A stretch of DNA of 64,000 nucleotides, from NCBI GenBank assembly GCA_023150455.1, contig JAKLKW010000001.1:74907-138906 (forward strand). Direction: 5' to 3'. The notes under the pieces are model-generated. The model did not search any database and was not told where the DNA came from. It worked only from the letters and a program-made list of their open reading frames with translations. Source of the DNA: Alphaproteobacteria bacterium (GTDB lineage Bacteria > Pseudomonadota > Alphaproteobacteria > JAEULC01). Each line of letters begins with the position of its first letter. Position 1 is the stretch's first letter. Positions 58,282 to 64,000 of this stretch are shown here, in pieces. A program made the translations under genes and the position numbers.

Positions 58282-59652
58282 TTAAGCCGCCCGCGCGCCG
58301 ATCAGCGACAGGGCCTCGACCGAGGGCGCCGTCTCCAGGCTCATGATGGCGGCGAAGGCGCGGCTGCGGCCGGCTTGCGGCAGGGTCTGCGCGACGCAGT
58401 CGTCGAACTTGCTTTGCAGCTCGTCGGCGCTCAAGGGCCGCTCGTGGCTGCCCTTGGCGTGCGCGACCTCGGCGCTCTCGAGCTTGCGCCCGTCCGTCAG
58501 CGTCACCTGGACCTGGTCGAACGGCGCGAAGGGGATCGCGCCCACCACCGTGTCGCCGGTCTCGTAGGTCACGCGCGCCATCGCCTGCTGCAGCTCGGGC
58601 CGCCGCACGAAGGCGTCGGTCAGCTCACCCAGGCCCACGCGCCGGGCGATCAGGGCCGAGGCCATGGCGAACTCCATGCTGAACTTCGCCTCGAGCCCGG
58701 TCTGCGGCCGGTGGTTGCGCAGCATCAGCATCTGCGTTCGTCCGGTCTTGACGTGCACGTTCGCTACGTCGGCGGACTTGAGGTCGTTTGCCTGGAGGAC
58801 GTCCAGCGCCGCGTCGATCGAGCGGTGCGTCGCATAGCAGATCGGGTAGCGTTTCACGTTGAGGCCCTGCTTGACGATCTGCCACGCGCGCTTCTGGTCG
58901 AGCGGCCGCAGCGCTTCCTTCCGTTCTGCCGGGGCGAAGGCGAACAGGAACCCGATCTGGTGCTCGAACACGTCGGGCGAGGCGGTGAAGCCGCCGGCCG
59001 CGAGCCTGGCGGCGACGACGCCGGACTGGCAGGCGCGGCCGACCTGGAACGACTTGGTCATGGTGCCGAAATTTGCGACCAGCCCGGCCGACATCGAAGC
59101 CGCGGCGGCGATCGCCATCGCCGTGCGCTCGGCATCGAGCCGGCGCAGCCGCGCGCAGGCCGCCGCGGCGGCGACGGCGCCGAGCACCGCCGTCGGATGC
59201 CAGCCCTTCTCGTGCAGGTGCCCGGGCAGGCGCGCCAGCAGCTCGGCCCAGATCTCGTAGCCGGCGACATAGGCCGCCAGCATGTCGGCGCCGCTCGCCT
59301 GGCTCGCCTCGGCCTGCGCCAGGATCGCCGGCACCAGCGCCGCGCTCGGGTGCCCGTCCAGCGCCACGTCGTCGTAGTCCAGCACATGCGCCGCCACGCC
59401 GTTGACCAGCGCCGCGTCCTGCACGCCGCGCCGCACGCCGGTCGGGATCAGCGATGCCTTGCCCTGGCCGGCCTCGCCGCCCAGCTCGCGGTCGACCAGC
59501 CCGACCACCGGCTCGCGCGCGCCCGCGATCATGCAGGCGATGCAGTCGGCGAAGCCCATCTTGGCGATGCGGCGCCCTTCCTCGGGGATGGCCGCGAGGG
59601 TCATGCCGGCCGCCAGCTCGGCCAGCTGCCTGGTCAGGGACGGTGTCGTCAT
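58282..59652 (-). CDS. MmgE/PrpD family protein (2-methylcitrate dehydratase / cis-aconitate decarboxylase superfamily)
   Basis: 456 aa with MmgE/PrpD-family N-terminus (..ADCIACMIAGAREPVV.., ..AALVNGVAAHVLDYDD..). Confidence 0.85.
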   Translation of the reverse strand: MTTPSLTRQLAELAAGMTLAAIPEEGRRIAKMGFADCIACMIAGAREPVVGLVDRELGGEAGQGKASLIPTGVRRGVQDAALVNGVAAHVLDYDDVALDGHPSAALVPAILAQAEASQASGADMLAAYVAGYEIWAELLARLPGHLHEKGWHPTAVLGAVAAAAACARLRRLDAERTAMAIAAAASMSAGLVANFGTMTKSFQVGRACQSGVVAARLAAGGFTASPDVFEHQIGFLFAFAPAERKEALRPLDQKRAWQIVKQGLNVKRYPICYATHRSIDAALDVLQANDLKSADVANVHVKTGRTQMLMLRNHRPQTGLEAKFSMEFAMASALIARRVGLGELTDAFVRRPELQQAMARVTYETGDTVVGAIPFAPFDQVQVTLTDGRKLESAEVAHAKGSHERPLSADELQSKFDDCVAQTLPQAGRSRAFAAIMSLETAPSVEALSLIGARAA

Positions 59653-59762
59653 AGCTGCTATCGCTCCATGCCCGCTTATCCGGACGCGATTCCAGCATTA
59701 TTCTACGGCGACGGCAAAGGAAAGCGGGGCGTGCTAGGGTCCGGCGCCCCAAGGTTGATGGA

Positions 59763-60557
59763 ATGCAGGAAACCTACGAGACATTGGCGCTGAGCCGCCC
59801 GGCCGAGCACGTGCTGCAGGTGACGCTGAACCGGCCCGAGGCGGCCAACGCGTTCAACACGTTGATGGGGCGCGAGGTGCTGGCCCTGTTCTCGGACCTG
59901 GTGGCCGAGCCCGACTATTGCCGCTGCGTGATCGTGACCGGGGCGGGCGAACGCGCCTTCTGCGCCGGTGGCGACCTGAAAGAGCGCAACGGCATGACCG
60001 ACGAGCAATGGCAGGCGCAGCACCTGGTGTTCGAGCGCATGATCCGCGCCGTGATCGACTGCCCGATGCCGTCGATCGCCGCCGTCAACGGCGCCGCCTT
60101 CGCCGGGGGCCTCGAGATCGCGCTGGGTTGCGATTTCGTCTATGCGTCGCGCACGGCGCGCTTCGCCTTGACCGAGGTCACGCTCGGCATCATGCCGGGC
60201 GCCGGCGGCACGCAAACCCTGCCGCGCGCGGTCGGCGAGCGCCGCGCCAAGGAGATCATCCTGACCGGCAAGCCCTTCACGGCCGAAGAGGCCTTCGACT
60301 GGGGCATGGTCAACCGGCTGTGCGAGCCAGGGGCGACCTTAAGCGAGGCGATCGAGACGGCCAAGGCCATCGCCGCCAACGCGCCCATCTCGGTGCGCCA
60401 GGCGAAGAAGTCGATCCATTACGGGCTGGGCATGACGCTCCGCGACGGCATGGACTTCGAGGTCGAGGTCTACAATCGAACGGTGCCGACCGAGGACCGC
60501 CGCGAGGGCATCCGCGCCTTCAACGAGAAGCGCAAGCCGGCGTTCAAGGGGCGGTGA
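59763..60557 (+). CDS. Enoyl-CoA hydratase/isomerase (crotonase) family protein
   Basis: Crotonase blocks (..VIVTGAGERAFCAGGDLKE.., ..IAAVNGAAFAGGLEIALGCDFVYA..); 264 aa. Confidence 0.85.
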   Translation: MQETYETLALSRPAEHVLQVTLNRPEAANAFNTLMGREVLALFSDLVAEPDYCRCVIVTGAGERAFCAGGDLKERNGMTDEQWQAQHLVFERMIRAVIDCPMPSIAAVNGAAFAGGLEIALGCDFVYASRTARFALTEVTLGIMPGAGGTQTLPRAVGERRAKEIILTGKPFTAEEAFDWGMVNRLCEPGATLSEAIETAKAIAANAPISVRQAKKSIHYGLGMTLRDGMDFEVEVYNRTVPTEDRREGIRAFNEKRKPAFKGR

Positions 60558-60559
60558 GG

Positions 60560-60705
60560 CGCATGAAAGGCCAGCGGCATTCATCCTTCGAGACGCTCGC
60601 TGCGCTCGCTCCTCAGGATGACGCGGATGGTTGGTGGCCGACATCCTATCGCGTCATCCTGAGGAGGGCCGAAGGCCCGTCTCGAAGGATGATGGACTCG
60701 CTCTT
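60560..60705. repeat. Palindromic intergenic repeat, copy C (nested palindromes CATCCTTCGAGACG...CGTCTCGAAGGATG and CCTCAGGATGACGCG...CGCGTCATCCTGAGG)
   Basis: Seen directly; one frame reads ...VILRRAEGPSRRMMDS..., the hallmark spurious peptide of this alphaproteobacterial repeat family. Confidence 0.5.
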
Positions 60706-60738
60706 GGCCGCGACTTGGAAGGAACAGGAGCCAGCACC

Positions 60739-61680
60739 ATGACCGAGACAGTCGCCCTGCGCGAAGTGGGCATGCGCGACGGGCTGCAGAACATCCGGCA
60801 GTTCATGCCGACCGAGCGCAAGCAGGCCTGGTGCGCGGCCGAGGTCGCCGCCGGCATGCGCGAGATGGAAGTGGGCTCGCTCGTGCCGCCCAAGCTGATC
60901 CCGCAATTCGCCGACGCGGAGCAGGTGATCGGTTTCGCGCTGAAGCAGCCTGGGCTCAAGGTCAACGCGCTGATCCCGAACCTGAAGGGCGCGGAACGCG
61001 GGGTGGCGCTCGGCGTGCACCAGCTCAACTACGTGCTGTCGGTCAGCGAGGGCCACAACCGCTCCAACGTCCGCCGCTCGACCCAGGAATCGATCGACGA
61101 CTTCAAGCGCATCGTCGCCCTGCGCGACGCCCAGCCGAAGGAGAGAAGGCCGACGCTCGGCTGCGGCCTGGCGACGTCGTTCGGCTGCACGATCGAAGGC
61201 GCGGTCGACGAGAAGCGTGTCTTGGCGATCGCCGAGCAGATACTCTCCGCCGGGGTCGACGAGCTGATGGTGGCCGACACGGTCGGCTACGCCGATCCGG
61301 CGCAGGTCAGGCGCGTCTTCACCCAGGTGCTGCGGCTGGCGGGCAAGGTCCCGGTCGCGGCACATTTCCACAACACGCGCGGGCTCGGCCTTGCCAATGT
61401 GCTGGCCGCGCTCGAGGTCGGCGTGCGCCGGTTCGACGCCTGCCTCGGCGGCATGGGCGGCTGCCCCTACGCACCGGGCGCCACCGGCAACGTGGTCATG
61501 GAAGACACGGTCTTCATGCTGCAGCAGATGGGGTTCTCGACGGGCGTCGACCTGCCGGCGCTGCTCCTGGTGCGCAAGCAGGTCGAGGCCGACCTGCCCG
61601 GCGTCGCCTTCCACGGCGATGTCGCCCGCGCCGGCCTGCCCAAGACCTGGCGCGGCAACCTCGCCGCGGCGGCGGAGTAG
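60739..61680 (+). CDS. Hydroxymethylglutaryl-CoA lyase family protein (HMGL-like / DRE-TIM metallolyase)
   Basis: ..VALREVGMRDGLQN.., ..HFHNTRGLGLANVLAALEVGVRRFDACLGGMGGCPYAPGATGN..; AGGAG SD upstream of ATG 60739. Confidence 0.85.
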   Translation: MTETVALREVGMRDGLQNIRQFMPTERKQAWCAAEVAAGMREMEVGSLVPPKLIPQFADAEQVIGFALKQPGLKVNALIPNLKGAERGVALGVHQLNYVLSVSEGHNRSNVRRSTQESIDDFKRIVALRDAQPKERRPTLGCGLATSFGCTIEGAVDEKRVLAIAEQILSAGVDELMVADTVGYADPAQVRRVFTQVLRLAGKVPVAAHFHNTRGLGLANVLAALEVGVRRFDACLGGMGGCPYAPGATGNVVMEDTVFMLQQMGFSTGVDLPALLLVRKQVEADLPGVAFHGDVARAGLPKTWRGNLAAAAE

Positions 61681-61776
61681 GGATTCAGCTGTCAGCAATC
61701 AGCTGTCAGCGGTGAGCCGCATAACCTTTGCCTGGCTGACGGCTGATCGCTGAAAGCTGATCGCCTCGATTGGGGA

Positions 61777-62979
61777 GTGAATGACGTGGACACCGTGAGC
61801 GGAACGACCGATCTGGTGACGATGGAGATCGGCGAGGACTATCCGGAGTTGCGCGAGGCGGTGCGGCGGGTCTGCGCGCGTTTTCCCGGCGAGTACTGGC
61901 GCGAGCTGGACGAGAAATCGCAATACCCGACCGAGTTCGTGCGCGCGCTGACCGAGGCGGGCTTCCTCGGCGCCCTGATCCCGGAGGAATACGGCGGCAC
62001 CGGCCTGCCCCTGCGCGCCGCGGCGGTGATCCTGGAAGAGGTCTGCGCCAGCGGCGGCAGCGCCAGCCCGGCGCATGCGCAGATGTACATCATGGGCACG
62101 CTGCTGCGGCACGGCAACGAGGAGCAGAAGAACCGCTACCTGCCGAAGATCGCCTCGGGCGAGCTCCGGCTGCAGGCGTTCGGCGTCACCGAGCCGACCA
62201 CCGGCTCGGACACGACCAGGCTCAAGACCCGCGCCGAGAAGAAAGGCGACAGCTACGTCGTCACGGGCCAGAAGGTGTGGACCTCGCGCGCGCTGCATTC
62301 CGACCTGATGCTGCTGCTCGCGCGCACCACGCCGGTCGACCAGGTGAAGAAGCGCACCGAGGGACTCTCGGTCTTCCTGGTCGACATCAAGGCGAATCTC
62401 GGCAAGGGACTCGAGATCCGGCCGATCAAGGCGATGATCAACCACAACTCGACCGAGGTGTTCATGGACGGCATGGAAGTGCCGGCCGGGAACCTTATCG
62501 GCGAGGAAGGCAAGGGCTTCCGCTACATCCTCGACGGCATGAACGCCGAGCGCATCCTGATCGCCTCGGAGTCGATCGGCGACGGGCGCTGGCTGTTGAA
62601 GAAGGCGGTCGACTACGCCAAGGAGCGCCGCGTGTTCGACCGGCCGATCGGCCAGAACCAGGGCGTGCAGTTCCCGTTGGCCCGCGCCCATGCCGAGCTC
62701 GAGGCCGCCGACATGCTGGCGCGCCGCGCCGCCGCGCTGTTCGCCGCCGGCCGCGACTGCGGCCCCGACGCCAACATGGCCAAGATGCTGGCCGCCGAAG
62801 CGGCCTGGCACGCCGGCGAGGCGGCGATGCAGACGCATGGCGGCTTCGCCTTCGCCAAGGAATACGACATCGAGCGCAAGTGGCGCGAGACGCGCCTGTT
62901 CCAGATCGCGCCGATCTCGACCAACATGATCCTGGCCTACATCGCACAGCACGTGCTCGGCCTGCCGCGGTCGTACTAG
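61777..62979 (+). CDS. Acyl-CoA dehydrogenase family protein
   Basis: ACAD fold blocks (..AFGVTEPTTGSD.., ..YVVTGQKVWTS.., C-terminal ..QTHGGFAFAKEYDIERKWRETRLFQI..); start GTG 61777 after GGGGAG (ATG 61822, MEIGEDYPEL, is an alternative). Confidence 0.8.
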   Translation: MNDVDTVSGTTDLVTMEIGEDYPELREAVRRVCARFPGEYWRELDEKSQYPTEFVRALTEAGFLGALIPEEYGGTGLPLRAAAVILEEVCASGGSASPAHAQMYIMGTLLRHGNEEQKNRYLPKIASGELRLQAFGVTEPTTGSDTTRLKTRAEKKGDSYVVTGQKVWTSRALHSDLMLLLARTTPVDQVKKRTEGLSVFLVDIKANLGKGLEIRPIKAMINHNSTEVFMDGMEVPAGNLIGEEGKGFRYILDGMNAERILIASESIGDGRWLLKKAVDYAKERRVFDRPIGQNQGVQFPLARAHAELEAADMLARRAAALFAAGRDCGPDANMAKMLAAEAAWHAGEAAMQTHGGFAFAKEYDIERKWRETRLFQIAPISTNMILAYIAQHVLGLPRSY

Positions 62980-63056
62980 ACGAAGGGCGAGAGGCACAGA
63001 GAGAAAGAGGAAGACAGGATTCCGCCCGCCGCGAAATCGAGGCGACACAAGTCATC

Positions 63057-63527
63057 ATGCGAAAATTCTTCTACGTCCTTGGCGTGCTGACGACGATCGT
63101 CCTCATGGCGGCCGCGATCGGCATCGGCGTGCTGATCATGCGCGGCGCCGCCGGTGACCCGGAGAGCAAGGCGTATGCGGAGGCCGCCGTGCGCGCGATC
63201 GCCGCGGACTGGAAGAAGGCGGAACTGCTCGATCGCGCCACGCCGGAGCTGGCGGCAACGGCGAAGCCGGCCGAGCTGGACGCCTGGTTCGCGAATCTCT
63301 CGCGACTGGGCCGGCCGCTCGAATTCGCGGAGGCGAAAGCACAGGGCTGGAAGTCCCTCCATACCCTCGGCGGCAGCACCGTGCAGGCGGACTACGCCAT
63401 CGATGCGCGGTTCCAGAACGGCGACGCCACGTTTCGCATCGGGTTGCTGAAGCGAGACGGCGTCTGGCGCATCCGGGGCTTCTTCGTTGATCTCCGTCCG
63501 GGCCCCCGCAAGGAGCAGACGACCTGA
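63057..63527 (+). CDS. Hypothetical membrane-anchored protein (156 aa, single N-terminal TM)
   Basis: ATG 63057 within the long run-on ORF 62277..63527; N-terminus MRKFFYVLGVLTTIVLMAAAIGIGVLIM then soluble domain; no family recognised. Confidence 0.4.
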   Translation: MRKFFYVLGVLTTIVLMAAAIGIGVLIMRGAAGDPESKAYAEAAVRAIAADWKKAELLDRATPELAATAKPAELDAWFANLSRLGRPLEFAEAKAQGWKSLHTLGGSTVQADYAIDARFQNGDATFRIGLLKRDGVWRIRGFFVDLRPGPRKEQTT

Positions 63528-63786
63528 GGCGGCACTGGCGATCAGCCGGTCGGAATACCGAGAAACGCGGTTCGTCGAGGACGGCGCCGCGCTCAAGCGT
63601 TACTGGGACACCGAGCCGCTCCATACGCAGGTGCATGTGTGCCGTCGCGACCTGGGCCGCCGCATGCGCGAATTGACGATGGCGGCGGGCTGACTGCGAC
63701 GCCGGCGTTCCGCGCGTCCGGCGGGATCGGTATGCCGATCAGCGCGCTGCGCGGGCGAAAGGACGACAAGCAGCACCCCGGATCGC

Positions 63787-63978
63787 TCAGCCGGTCTTCG
63801 CATCGTCGCCGCGCAACCCCCTGAGCCAGGTCAGCCGCAGGATCGCGCGCCTGGCGAGCGACTGGACCGCGGTGACGATCGCCTCGTCGCGCGAGCGGTC
63901 GCCGATGTCGAGGTAATCCTCGGCAAGGCGCTCGGCCGCGGCGGGCGCGTTCAATTCGGCGACGGCGGATTCCGCCAC
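63787..63978 (-). CDS. Short hypothetical ORF near the window edge (63 aa; could be the start of a longer gene whose true start lies beyond the window)
   Basis: GC3-rich minus-strand frame; cannot be verified with 22 nt of upstream sequence. Confidence 0.2.
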   Translation of the reverse strand: MAESAVAELNAPAAAERLAEDYLDIGDRSRDEAIVTAVQSLARRAILRLTWLRGLRGDDAKTG

Positions 63979-64000
63979 GCGCGGCGCGAGACGGGCGACC

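Noticed and set aside
62277-63527. 416-aa plus-strand ORF
   Set aside because: Run-on in a wrong frame across the acyl-CoA dehydrogenase gene; only its tail from ATG 63057 was kept as a possible small membrane protein.

Overview
This is a very GC-rich 64 kb window (third codon positions are almost always G/C) with gene content typical of an alphaproteobacterial, Rhizobiales-like chromosome. It is densely packed with catabolic operons and solute importers (ABC and TTT families) and has short intergenic gaps. I found no rRNA or tRNA genes, no transposase or integrase genes and no CRISPR array. The features it does contain are these.

- A Pot-like polyamine-type ABC importer.
- An unusually large BNR/Asp-box beta-propeller protein and, separately, a small secreted paralog.
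- Two gamma-glutamyltransferase-family paralogs, neither with a signal peptide.
- A DHDPS-family lyase.
- A decayed metE-like gene fragment.
- A dimethylglycine/sarcosine-dehydrogenase-family enzyme.
- A solo LptF/LptG-family permease.
- An ABC-F ATPase.
- An ArnT-like GT-C glycosyltransferase.
- A gntR-tctCBA operon whose last gene is a cysteine-dioxygenase-like cupin fused to four rhodanese modules, flanked by two family-III CoA-transferases, a citryl-CoA-lyase-like gene, an MBL-fold hydrolase and an enoyl-CoA hydratase.
- A DppBCDF-type importer without an adjacent binding protein.
- An aspartate dehydrogenase, HD-domain protein and amidase operon.
- A purine/urate catabolic operon (xdhAB, uraD-uraH fusion, puuD) with an embedded NitT/TauT ABC transporter and a MmgE/PrpD-family gene.
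- A divergent ECH, HMG-CoA-lyase-like and acyl-CoA dehydrogenase operon.
- Several copies of palindromic intergenic repeats of the kind whose translation reads '...ILRRAEGPSRRM...'.

The most unusual element is the thiol-dioxygenase-like cupin::4x-rhodanese fusion embedded in a TTT-transporter operon. I interpret it as a candidate uptake and desulfuration system for a mercapto- or sulfino-carboxylate. Many long ORFs in the six-frame track are antisense or out-of-frame run-ons typical of high-GC DNA and were not annotated.
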